Origin: an uncultured bacterium
GTDB taxonomy: Bacteria > Nitrospirota > JACRHL01
Assembly: GCA_965371175.1 (NCBI GenBank)
Contig: CBDUXI010000006.1
Coordinates: 13,973-77,972, forward strand
DNA length: 64,000 bases
Direction of reading: 5' to 3'
This document shows, one piece after another, positions 42,248 through 50,819 of this stretch. Made by a program: the position numbers and the translations under genes. How positions within the stretch are numbered: position 1 is the stretch's first letter; the number at the start of each line of letters is the position of its first letter. Under the pieces are notes generated by a model. That model was given only the letters and a program-made list of their open reading frames with translations, was not told the DNA's origin and did no database searches.

Positions 42248-42790
42248 TCAGCCGCTTTCGACGTCTTCCAGGGCTTGCTGGACCAGCCCCTGCACCGCGC
42301 CGAACACCCGTGGGTCGCGGGCGTTGATCTGCACGCCCAGCTCCCGTTCCGGGGCGTCGGGCTCCCACTTGGTCAGGTTGAGGCGAAAGATGGAGTCGTC
42401 CTCTTTTTGCAGCGAGTCCAGCAGACCGTTTAACGCCTGTTTGATTAACGAGACCACCACGGAGTTGGTTTCCTCATCCAGGTCGTCAAACTGGATGCCC
42501 ATGCCGTAGGCCCCTGCGTGGGCAACCCAGCCGGGCAGCTTTAAGTGGTAGGCTCTATCGCCTTCCCGCACCAGGGCGTCCACGGTGATGTTGGTGTTCT
42601 GCGGGAAGCCGTCCTTGCAGTCGACGTACAGCCCGCCACGACTCAGGTTGCGTACCCAGCCGTGCAGCTTTTCACCGCTGATCGCATCGATCATGGTGGC
42701 GCGGATGGCCACGTTGATGCCCACCCGTAAATCGGCGCGTATCTCGCGCTTGAGCGGGTGAGTGGGCGGTTTTTTCGGACGCTGTTTCAT
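42248..42790 (-). CDS. PilZ domain protein
   Basis: 'REIRADLR' (RxxxR) and 'NLSRGG' (D/NxSxGG) c-di-GMP-binding PilZ motifs. Start placed at 'MKQRPKK' (the ORF extends to 43075). Confidence 0.65.
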   Translation of the reverse strand: MKQRPKKPPTHPLKREIRADLRVGINVAIRATMIDAISGEKLHGWVRNLSRGGLYVDCKDGFPQNTNITVDALVREGDRAYHLKLPGWVAHAGAYGMGIQFDDLDEETNSVVVSLIKQALNGLLDSLQKEDDSIFRLNLTKWEPDAPERELGVQINARDPRVFGAVQGLVQQALEDVESG

Positions 42791-42947
42791 ATGGGAGCCT
42801 GTATTTGAAGGCCGGTCTTTCTTCCCCGATCTTGCGCGTGGCGCGCCGCAACCCTGAACCGGGCTGTACCGTACATGACCGCCCCCACCGGTTGCAAGCG
42901 CCCCCGCCGGAAGCCTTCCCCGTTTTTTTGCGGCCTGCCGGTGCGGT

Positions 42948-43622
42948 ATGCTCAGGGCCGTGCGCCACGCTTTTGCCATCCTCCCCCTGATTGCCCTGGG
43001 TCTGTTATTGGCCACCGCTTCAGCGAACGCCCACCGGGGCCAACTGGATGCCAACGGCTGCCACAAGGACAACAAGGCGCGTGCGTACCACTGCCATCAG
43101 GGGCCGCTTGCGGGCCGGGAGATGCCGTCTAAAAAATCGGCGGCGGCCACCCTGTGGCTGATCAATCGGCGACTTGAAACCGGCCGGGACCCGGTGGTGT
43201 TGGGACCGGGTGCACAGGTGATTGCGATAGATGGCGACAGTTTGCGTATCGACGGTCACCGGGTTCGCCTGCACGGCATCGATGCGCCGGAGCTGGAACA
43301 GCACTGCACCCGCAAGGGGCGGGAGTACCCGTGCGGAAAACAGGCAAAAAAGGCGCTGGCCCGCATGGTGGAAGACGGCCTCGTGTGCGAATTGATTGAT
43401 GCCGACTTTTACGGCCGCTTTCTGGCCCATTGCCGCACCCAAACGGGGGCGTCCATCGGATCTGCCATGGTGCGGGCGGGGTGGGCGCTGGCCTACCTGC
43501 GCTACAGTCAGGCGTACGTTGCCGAGCAAGAGGCCGCAAAAAAGGCGCGGGCGGGCATTTGGGCAGGCGATTTCACCCCTCCGTGGGTATGGCGGCAGCG
43601 AAAACAATCGTCACAAAATTGA
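42948..43622 (+). CDS. Thermonuclease (SNase-like) family protein with a signal peptide
   Basis: 'VIAIDGDSLRIDGHRVRLHGIDAPELEQ' and 'YGRFLAHC', 'AGWALAY' SNase-like motifs. N-terminal signal 'ILPLIALGLLLATASANA'. Confidence 0.7.
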   Translation: MLRAVRHAFAILPLIALGLLLATASANAHRGQLDANGCHKDNKARAYHCHQGPLAGREMPSKKSAAATLWLINRRLETGRDPVVLGPGAQVIAIDGDSLRIDGHRVRLHGIDAPELEQHCTRKGREYPCGKQAKKALARMVEDGLVCELIDADFYGRFLAHCRTQTGASIGSAMVRAGWALAYLRYSQAYVAEQEAAKKARAGIWAGDFTPPWVWRQRKQSSQN

Positions 43623-43660
43623 CATAATCGGGTTTATTTAAGTATAAATACTCATCGCCT

Positions 43661-44086
43661 TTGTTTTTTCCGTGCGGGTCTGTGTGTGCGGGGTTGGGTA
43701 TGATTGTGAATCTCAAAACCCGTGATCTATGCAAAACCTGCAACGGGGTGCGGGCCGAAGTCGTGCGGGAGGATTGTGCGGACTGCCCGGACGCTGCCCG
43801 CCTGATCAAGCGGTACGGCCCCCGGCAGGCGCAGTTGATCCGCCAGCGGCTGGCCGTGCTGGCCAAGGCCGGCTCCCTTGCAGACGTGGGCCGGACCGGT
43901 GGTGCCCAGCGGCTGCACGCCCTGTCCGGCAAACGGGCGGGCACCTGGTCGCTGGACCTGATGCACCCCCACCGTCTGCTGTTTCGCATTGCCCACAAAC
44001 AGCCCCCGTTCCGACCGGACGGCGGCATCGACTGGGGCCGGGTGACCGAAATCGAGATCGTGGGCATCGAAGACACCCATCACTGA
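43661..44086 (+). CDS. HigB-like toxin (RelE/ParE superfamily, 'plasmid maintenance system killer') with an atypical N-terminal insertion
   Basis: The C-terminal 'LSGKRAGTWSLDLMHPHRLLFRI...VTEIEIVGIEDTHH' matches the HigB-family pattern (LKGDRxGxWSIRIN...RI.F...VEIVDYH). N-terminus 'MIVNLKTRDL' resembles HigB 'MIKSFKHKGL'. A CxxC...CxxC insertion is present. No adjacent HTH antitoxin ORF was found. Confidence 0.6.
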   Translation: MFFPCGSVCAGLGMIVNLKTRDLCKTCNGVRAEVVREDCADCPDAARLIKRYGPRQAQLIRQRLAVLAKAGSLADVGRTGGAQRLHALSGKRAGTWSLDLMHPHRLLFRIAHKQPPFRPDGGIDWGRVTEIEIVGIEDTHH

Positions 44087-44103
44087 AAATACGTCAGACG
44101 AGC

Positions 44104-45147
44104 TTAGGGAGAGGCGTTTGGCGTGAACTGTTGCACCCGCTCTTTTGTGGGCGGGTGGGTGGACAGGTAGGGGGGAACGTCCAGTCCGGTGCTACCCTGT
44201 GCTTCCATGCGGCTTAAAATGTCGGCGAAGCGGGATGGGGGAATACCGGCCTGTTGCATCCGTGCAAAGGCGTACCGGTCGGCCTCGCGCTCAAAGTCGC
44301 GGGAATAGCTGGCCTGCAATAAAAAGGACGGCAGCGCCGCGGCCAGGGTGGAGGCGGAGACCACGTCGCCCACCACGGTGGCGTACAGCATCAGCACGGC
44401 GGCATCCTGCAACACGTGGCGCAGGGCATGCCGCCCCAGCACGTGCCCCACCTCGTGGGCCAGGATGCTGAACAGTTCCTCGTCGTTTTCGGACAGGTTG
44501 ACCAGATCGTCGGTAATCACCACCGTGCCCGCGGGCAGGGCCAGGGCGTTGGCGCCCAACACTTCGCTGTGGCGAAACGCCAGGCGAAAGCGAAAATGCC
44601 GGCTTGCCGATTCATCCGCTGCTCCCGCCGCCTGCAAAAATACCGCGCGCACGTGGTCCTGCACGTCCGCATCCAGCTTTGACGGGGTGAACAGTAGTCT
44701 GTCCAGTTCGGTCATGGTTTGTGCGGTAATGGCGATATCCACCTCGGGCGGCAGCAACTGCGCGGCCCGGTCGGCCAGTGCGGGCACACCATGCATCACG
44801 ATGGCCCACCCGGCAAACAGGGTGATTATCACGGCGACCGCTACCCACGATCCACGGCTTTCCAGCCGGTGGACCCACCCGGCTCCGGCGGGTTTTTCCC
44901 AGCCTGAGCGAGCCAGTGCCGCCTCCAGTTTTTCGTGGTCGTCCACCTCGATCCGCCCGCCGTCGCCTAAGTTGATGATGCGGCAGGTGTTGCCCAGCCG
45001 GGGCTGGATTTCCACCTCGGCGCTCGGCCAGGTGCGGGCGGGTTCCCCCTCGATCAGACAGGTGAGGCCGCTACGTAAAAGCTGTATCCGTACCGTGTGA
45101 CAGTGGGATTTCTGGCCGTCGAAGTAGCGGGCGGAAAGCTCGATCAC
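44104..45147 (-). CDS. M48-family zinc metallopeptidase
   Basis: 'ILAHEVGHVLGRHALRHV' HExxH. GTG start overlaps the DUF898 stop (GTGA). The longer ORF (to 45732) is an overlapping out-of-frame extension. Confidence 0.8.
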   Translation of the reverse strand: MIELSARYFDGQKSHCHTVRIQLLRSGLTCLIEGEPARTWPSAEVEIQPRLGNTCRIINLGDGGRIEVDDHEKLEAALARSGWEKPAGAGWVHRLESRGSWVAVAVIITLFAGWAIVMHGVPALADRAAQLLPPEVDIAITAQTMTELDRLLFTPSKLDADVQDHVRAVFLQAAGAADESASRHFRFRLAFRHSEVLGANALALPAGTVVITDDLVNLSENDEELFSILAHEVGHVLGRHALRHVLQDAAVLMLYATVVGDVVSASTLAAALPSFLLQASYSRDFEREADRYAFARMQQAGIPPSRFADILSRMEAQGSTGLDVPPYLSTHPPTKERVQQFTPNASP

Positions 45148-46262
45148 AGACCCACATCGATATCCATCATGTCGCCGAATTCCTCGCCGGAAGCGCTCAC
45201 CTGCGCCGCTTCCGCCTGGACAAACCGGTCCAGGTCGCCTCTTTTGAGCAGCGTCATGTTTTCGACCCGGTAGCGGGCCATGCGGATTTTTGTCCACGGG
45301 ATCGCCAGCCCGAAAGACAGCACCGTGGCGATGAGGTTGCTGAGGTATATCCAGCCCAGCGGTGCGGTTTTCAAGGTGCAGGAAAAACCGTGGGGACCGA
45401 CCCGGATGTTGTTCCATACGGTGTTGGCCGTGTGCGCCTGCACATAGGCGTATGCCGGAATAATGCAGAGCCACACGACCAGCGCCGGGATCACCGCGGC
45501 AAGCAGCCACAGCACCGGGACGATCGGGTCGTCCGGGGAGAACTGCGGGATCAGTTTGTTTGAGATCAGGGGCAGCAGGACGGTTCCGGCGAAGGTCAGC
45601 ACGGCGATGGCGAGCAGGGTCAGGCCGGATGCCTTGGTAAAGACCGAAAAAAACTGCCCGGCGGTGGCGTTCATGGCAAACGGCGTGGTGCCGAAGCGGC
45701 TGTGGTTGTAGACAAACCGGGCGCGACGCCATTGAAAGTAGGGGTAGATCAGCCCCAGGGTGAACGGGATCAGGATCGGTAGCCCGACAAACACCTTGAG
45801 CGCCTCGCTGTACTTGCCGTCAAACCCCAGGCGGATGTTGCGCCATGAACTGTTGTGCGCCCGGAAAACAAGGCTCTTGATCACCAGCCACGGCAGGGCA
45901 AACATAAAGATAAGCCCCAGCACGGTTTCCAGTCCCGGCGCCACGTAGGTGCTGCCGCTATAGACGGCAAGTGCCCCCACCACCATAATCCGCCCTTTCA
46001 GGATGCCGATGGGATTGGCCAGATAGTCGAGGGGCGCACCCGCAAGGCGGGTGTGGGCGTAAAAATAGCGCTGGGTACGCACCTTTGCCCAGGCGGAGTA
46101 GACGCCCAGGGTGAGTACCGACAGGCACAGGTTGACGATCCAGATACGAAAATATTCCCCCGCCTGCCCGGTAAATTCGAGCGGAACCTGCTCCGGCGGG
46201 GGGAGAATTTCGGCCGGGGGCGGGGAGAGGGCCTCTTCCGGCGGGCCGGGTGTGTGGTTCAT
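45144..46262 (-). CDS. DUF898 (YjgN-like) family membrane protein
   Basis: 'FTGQAGEYFRIWIVNLCLSVLTLGVYSAWAKVRTQRYFYAHTRL' is the typical DUF898 N-terminal signature. Multi-TM. Confidence 0.75.
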   Translation of the reverse strand: MNHTPGPPEEALSPPPAEILPPPEQVPLEFTGQAGEYFRIWIVNLCLSVLTLGVYSAWAKVRTQRYFYAHTRLAGAPLDYLANPIGILKGRIMVVGALAVYSGSTYVAPGLETVLGLIFMFALPWLVIKSLVFRAHNSSWRNIRLGFDGKYSEALKVFVGLPILIPFTLGLIYPYFQWRRARFVYNHSRFGTTPFAMNATAGQFFSVFTKASGLTLLAIAVLTFAGTVLLPLISNKLIPQFSPDDPIVPVLWLLAAVIPALVVWLCIIPAYAYVQAHTANTVWNNIRVGPHGFSCTLKTAPLGWIYLSNLIATVLSFGLAIPWTKIRMARYRVENMTLLKRGDLDRFVQAEAAQVSASGEEFGDMMDIDVGL

Positions 46263-46490
46263 GCTGCTTCCCCTGCTTTGGATGCCGCGCCGTGCATACG
46301 GCGTTTAGCCGTCCCCAGTGTAGCGGGGGTGCAGGGGCTTTCCCAATCGATTTTTTTTGGACCCCGGAGGTGGTGGAGATTGCGGCAGATGCGAGGCGCG
46401 TGAAGGGATAAAACGGGAGGCGTAGCGTACTACGTTGAGTGTTTTTTTCCGAGCAGCAACGAAGCAGATGGCAGCATCTCCGCCGCCTAT

Positions 46491-48269
46491 CTACTCGATG
46501 TGGGTGCTTTGGATATACAAATCCCGCAACTGGGTACCGTCCACTTTGCTGGGCGCTTCGGTGAGCAGGCAGGTGGCCTTCTGGGTTTTGGGGAAGGCGA
46601 TCACGTCGCGGATACTGGGTGCGCCCGCCAGCAGCATGGCCAGCCGGTCCAGACCGAACGCCAGCCCGCCGTGGGGCGGTGCGCCGTTTTGCAGGGCATT
46701 CAGCAAAAAGCCGAATTTGTCCGCCGCTTCCGTCTTATCGATGCCGAGCAGCCCGAATATTTTCGACTGCATGGCCTGATCGTGCATACGGATGCTGCCG
46801 CCGCCGATTTCGGTGCCGTTCCACACCAGATCGTAGGCCAGGGAGCGCACCGAGCCGGGGTCGCTCTCCAGCTTGTCCACATCGTCCGGGTGGGGGGCGG
46901 TAAACGGGTGGTGCAGGGCAATGTGGCGCTTTTCGTCCCCGTCGTACTCCAGCAGGGGGAAATCAGTGATCCATAAGAGTTCGTCCGGCTTGCCGTCGGT
47001 CAATCCCAGTCGCGCCGCCACGTGCAGGCGCAGGGCCGCCAGGGTATCGCTGACCACGGTGGTGCTGTCTGCGATAAACAGCATGATGTCGCCCGGTTTT
47101 GCGTTCAGCGCGTCTTTCATCTGCTGGATCGTTTCGACGGCAAAGAACTTGGTGATGGGCGATTCAAAGCCGGTATCCGTCACCTTGATCCAGGCCATGC
47201 CTTTGGCCTTGTAGGTTTTGCAGAACTCGGTCAGGTCGTCCAGTTCCTTGCGGGATGATTTGGCCATGCCGGGGGCGCAGATGCCTTTGACCTTGCCGCC
47301 GGATTTGATCGCGCCGGTAAACACCTTGAAGTCGCAGTTTTTGACCGTCTCGGAAAAGTCGGACAGCTCCATGCCGAAGCGCACGTCCGGCCGGTCGGTG
47401 CCGAACCGTTCCATGGCTTCATGCCAGGTCATGGTGGGCAGGGGAGCCGGCAGGTCGGTCGCTTTAATTTGCTTGAACACCTCGCGCACCATGCCTTCGG
47501 CCATGGCCATCACCTGATCCCGGTCCACGAAGCTCATCTCCAGGTCGATCTGGGTAAACTCCGGCTGGCGGTCGGCGCGCAGGTCTTCGTCTCTGAAGCA
47601 GCGCACAATCTGATAGTAGCGATCCATGCCGGCCACCATGAGCAGTTGCTTGAACAGCTGGGGCGACTGGGGCAGGGCAAAAAACGATCCCGGCACGGTG
47701 CGTGAAGGCACCAGATAGTCCCGTGCGCCCTCCGGGGTGCTTTTGGTGAGGATGGGGGTTTCGATCTCCAGAAAATCGTTGTCTTCCAGATAGTTACGAA
47801 TCACCCGCGCAAGCTTTGCCCGCATCACCATGTTGCCCATCATGGCCGGGCGGCGCAGGTCCAGATAGCGGTGGGTGAGGCGGTTGGTTTCGCCCACTTC
47901 GGCAGTGTCGTCCATGGGAATGGCGGGGGTTTTGGAGCTGTTCAGCACGGTAAGATCGGTGCCCATGATCTCCACGGCTCCGGTGGCCAGTTCCTTGTTT
48001 TCGGTTTGATCCGGGCGGGTGCGTACCGTGCCGGTGACCTGGATAACGTATTCCGGGCGCAGGGAATGGGCGGCGTCGTGCACCTGCGCGTCCTCTTCCG
48101 GGTTGAACACCACCTGGGTGAGGCCGTAGCGGTCGCGCAGGTCAATGAAGATCAGCCCGCCGTGGTCGCGCCGCCGGTGGACCCAGCCGCACAGGGTGAC
48201 CTGCTCTCCCACGTGGGAGGCGCGCAGTTCGCCACAGGTGTGGCTGCGAAAAGACGAAGGGGATGTCAT
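46491..48269 (-). CDS. aspS: Aspartate--tRNA ligase
   Basis: 'RSHTCGELRASHVGEQVTLCGWVHRRRDHGGLIFIDLRDRYG' OB fold. Class II core motifs 'FRDEDLRADRQPEFTQID' and 'GGGSIRMHD'. 592 aa. Confidence 0.95.
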   Translation of the reverse strand: MTSPSSFRSHTCGELRASHVGEQVTLCGWVHRRRDHGGLIFIDLRDRYGLTQVVFNPEEDAQVHDAAHSLRPEYVIQVTGTVRTRPDQTENKELATGAVEIMGTDLTVLNSSKTPAIPMDDTAEVGETNRLTHRYLDLRRPAMMGNMVMRAKLARVIRNYLEDNDFLEIETPILTKSTPEGARDYLVPSRTVPGSFFALPQSPQLFKQLLMVAGMDRYYQIVRCFRDEDLRADRQPEFTQIDLEMSFVDRDQVMAMAEGMVREVFKQIKATDLPAPLPTMTWHEAMERFGTDRPDVRFGMELSDFSETVKNCDFKVFTGAIKSGGKVKGICAPGMAKSSRKELDDLTEFCKTYKAKGMAWIKVTDTGFESPITKFFAVETIQQMKDALNAKPGDIMLFIADSTTVVSDTLAALRLHVAARLGLTDGKPDELLWITDFPLLEYDGDEKRHIALHHPFTAPHPDDVDKLESDPGSVRSLAYDLVWNGTEIGGGSIRMHDQAMQSKIFGLLGIDKTEAADKFGFLLNALQNGAPPHGGLAFGLDRLAMLLAGAPSIRDVIAFPKTQKATCLLTEAPSKVDGTQLRDLYIQSTHIE

Positions 48270-49180
48270 GAGCGTTTCCTTGTCGGTCGACCGGAGCTTA
48301 CGGTCTTTCCGGATGAGGTGGAACGGGGGCGGCGGGCGGGTTTGCCCGCGTCTTTCACTTTGGGGCGGGTAACACGTGCCGGTTTGGCTTTTTGTGCGGG
48401 AGCGGATGCGGGCGCATTCTTGCGGGCGGGTTTCAGGGTGCCTTTGCCTGCCTGATCCTGCCCGTCGGCCACCCTTTTCAGGCGTTCGATTTCGGCGGGG
48501 GTCAACTCCCGGTAGGTGCCGGGTTTCAGTTTTCCCACCCCCAGAAAGGCATATCCGGTGCGCCGCAGTTTCACCACGGAATGCCCCACCTTGTCGAACA
48601 TGCGGCGGATCTGGCGGTTGCGCCCTTCGTGAATAATCACGTCAAGCCAGGCGTTGGTTTTGGTGGTCTCCACCATTTCCACCTCGGCGGGGCGGGTGCG
48701 GCCGTCGTCCAGCCGGATTCCGGCGCGCAACAGGTGCAGGATCCGCTCCCCCGGTATGCCCTTGGTTTTGACCCGGTAGCGCTTGCCCACTTCGCTTTTG
48801 GGGTGCATCAGGGCGTTGGCCAGATCGCCGTCGTTGGTCATCAACAGCAGCCCTTCGGAATCCAGATCGAGCCGGCCTACGGGGAACAGGCGCATGGGCA
48901 GATGGGCCATCAACTCGGTGGCTGTGGGGCGGCCCTCCGCGTCGTGGGCGGTGGTAATCACCCCGCGTGGCTTGTACATCAGGTAGTAGGCTTTCTCCTC
49001 GGCGGCGGTGGAGATGAGCTTGCCCTTGACCTTGATGTGGTCGTTTTCCGGATCGGCCTTCTGGCCCAGGGTGGCGACCTTGCCGTTTACCTTCACCAGT
49101 CCGTCGAGGATCAGCGTCTCGGCCTGACGGCGCGAGGCGATCCCCACACGGGCGATGATTTTTTGCAGACGTTCTTCCAT
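48266..49180 (-). CDS. rluB: 23S rRNA pseudouridine synthase RluB, with a basic C-terminal tail
   Basis: S4 domain 'RLQKIIARVGIASRRQAETLILDGLV' and catalytic 'GRLDLDSEGLLLMTND'. Its stop overlaps the aspS ATG (ATGA). Confidence 0.9.
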   Translation of the reverse strand: MEERLQKIIARVGIASRRQAETLILDGLVKVNGKVATLGQKADPENDHIKVKGKLISTAAEEKAYYLMYKPRGVITTAHDAEGRPTATELMAHLPMRLFPVGRLDLDSEGLLLMTNDGDLANALMHPKSEVGKRYRVKTKGIPGERILHLLRAGIRLDDGRTRPAEVEMVETTKTNAWLDVIIHEGRNRQIRRMFDKVGHSVVKLRRTGYAFLGVGKLKPGTYRELTPAEIERLKRVADGQDQAGKGTLKPARKNAPASAPAQKAKPARVTRPKVKDAGKPARRPRSTSSGKTVSSGRPTRKRS

Positions 49181-49260
49181 AACCGACTTCGCTGAAATTA
49201 AACAAACAAACTATTTTACGGTCTTTGTGCGGCTTTATCAGCCGCACCGGTAAAAAGAGC

Positions 49261-49297
49261 AAAAAAAGGCCGGAGGCGCATGTGCACGCCTCCGGCC
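49261..49297 (-). terminator. Rho-independent terminator of tpx
   Basis: Minus strand reads GGCCGGAGGCG-TGCACATG-CGCCTCCGGCC followed by TTTTTTT, about 20 nt after the tpx stop. Confidence 0.75.
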
Positions 49298-49317
49298 TTC
49301 AGATTAACCGGCTTCGC

Positions 49318-49857
49318 TTACGCGGAAGAGGCCTGGCTACCGGCGGCCGCGCGGGCGGCATCCAGGGCGGCGTCGTAGTTCGGGGGCTCGGTCATCTCCG
49401 GCACGATTTCCACATAGGTGATGGTGTCCGATGCGTCCACCACAAAAATCGCGCGATGGTCCAGCGCATGCTCCTTGATGAGCACGCCCCAGTTTTCGCC
49501 GAAGTTGTTGTCCTTGTAGTCGGACAGCACTTCCACGTTTTCGATGCCTGCGGTTTCGCAGAAACGGTTGACGGCAAACGGCAGATCCGCCGAGATGGTC
49601 AGAATCTTCACGCCTTCCAGATTGGTGGCCTCTTCGTTGAAGCGGCGGGTCTGTGCATCGCAAACCGGCGTATCCAGCGACGGCACGGAGGAAATGATCC
49701 GCACCATACCGTTCCACTCGCTGCTTTCCACATCTGCCAGTCCTTTGCGGACGGTGAATGCGGGGGCGGCGTCGCCCGCTTTGAGTTCCGGACCGATGAG
49801 GGTGAGAGGGTTGCCTTTAAGGGTTGCTACGTTAGTGCGCTCTTGAGCCATGTTCAT
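49318..49857 (-). CDS. tpx: Thiol peroxidase (Tpx-type peroxiredoxin)
   Basis: 'IISSVPSLDTPVCDAQTRRF' peroxidatic Cys, resolving Cys in 'NRFCETAG'. Start at 'MNMAQ' with a GGGGAG RBS. Confidence 0.85.
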   Translation of the reverse strand: MNMAQERTNVATLKGNPLTLIGPELKAGDAAPAFTVRKGLADVESSEWNGMVRIISSVPSLDTPVCDAQTRRFNEEATNLEGVKILTISADLPFAVNRFCETAGIENVEVLSDYKDNNFGENWGVLIKEHALDHRAIFVVDASDTITYVEIVPEMTEPPNYDAALDAARAAAGSQASSA

Positions 49858-49999
49858 TACTCCCCGGTGACCTGCAACGGCGGGCCGTTGCACGAATATT
49901 AATTATAGATTAAACGAATGAATCTCTAATGGTACGAGGGGTATGCGCGCCTGCGCAACCTTGCCCCCGCAGCGGTGCTCACACGATGGGATTGGCCGG

Positions 50000-50812
50000 T
50001 TACGTCAGCGCGAACAAAATGACCACTCCCAGCACAATGCGGTAGGCCACAAACACGTTCATGGTGTGCCTTTCCAGCCAGATGAGCAGGTACTTGATGC
50101 ACAGCCAGGCGGACCCTGCGGCCACGGCAAACCCCACCAGCAGAGGCAGCAGGCTGGGCATGGCGGGGGTGGTTTCGATCAGGTCTTTCACCTCCAGGGC
50201 GCCGGACAGGAAGATCACCGGAATGGAAAGCAAAAATGAAAAGCGCGCCGCCGCCTTGCGGGTGAACCCCAGTGCCAGACCGCAAGTCATGGTGATGCCG
50301 GAGCGGGAGGTGCCGGGAATGAGCGCCACGGCCTGGGCCAGGCCAATCAACAGGGCGTCTTTTGCGCTCATGCCCCCCATATGCCGGGATTTGCGGCCGA
50401 CCCGGTCGGCGGCGTACAACAGCACACCGAAAAAGATGGAGGCGTAAGCGATCAGCTCCGGATCACGCCCCGCCGTGGATACCCAGTCTTTAAAGGCCAG
50501 CCCCGCCAGCCCCACGGGGATGGTGGCGCCGATCAAAAACCAGCCCATGCGGGCGTTGGCCCTTGCATCGCCCACCGGCTTGCCGAAGCCCAGACTGTGC
50601 AGCCAGCCACGGGTGATGGAAACAAGGTCGTGGCGAAAATAGACGCACACGGCGCTCAAGGTGCCCAGATGCACGATCACGTCGAACACCAGCCCCTGAT
50701 CGTCCCAGCCCAGCGCCCACGGCACCAGAATCAGGTGGGCGGAACTGCTGATCGGCAAAAATTCCGTCAGCCCCTGAACCAGGGCGAGGAGAACGGCTTC
50801 CAGATACGACAT
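50000..50812 (-). CDS. uppP: Undecaprenyl-diphosphate phosphatase
   Basis: 'LVQGLTEFLPISSSAHLIL' and 'PGTSRSGITMT' BacA/UppP motifs. 8 TM helices. Confidence 0.9.
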   Translation of the reverse strand: MSYLEAVLLALVQGLTEFLPISSSAHLILVPWALGWDDQGLVFDVIVHLGTLSAVCVYFRHDLVSITRGWLHSLGFGKPVGDARANARMGWFLIGATIPVGLAGLAFKDWVSTAGRDPELIAYASIFFGVLLYAADRVGRKSRHMGGMSAKDALLIGLAQAVALIPGTSRSGITMTCGLALGFTRKAAARFSFLLSIPVIFLSGALEVKDLIETTPAMPSLLPLLVGFAVAAGSAWLCIKYLLIWLERHTMNVFVAYRIVLGVVILFALT

Positions 50813-50819
50813 GGGGCGG

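Noticed and set aside
44104-45732. Full 542-aa extent of the M48 ORF
   Set aside because: The N-terminal 195 codons overlap the DUF898 gene out of frame and are low-complexity. A GTG with a GTGA stop/start overlap at 45147 gives a normal-length M48 protein.
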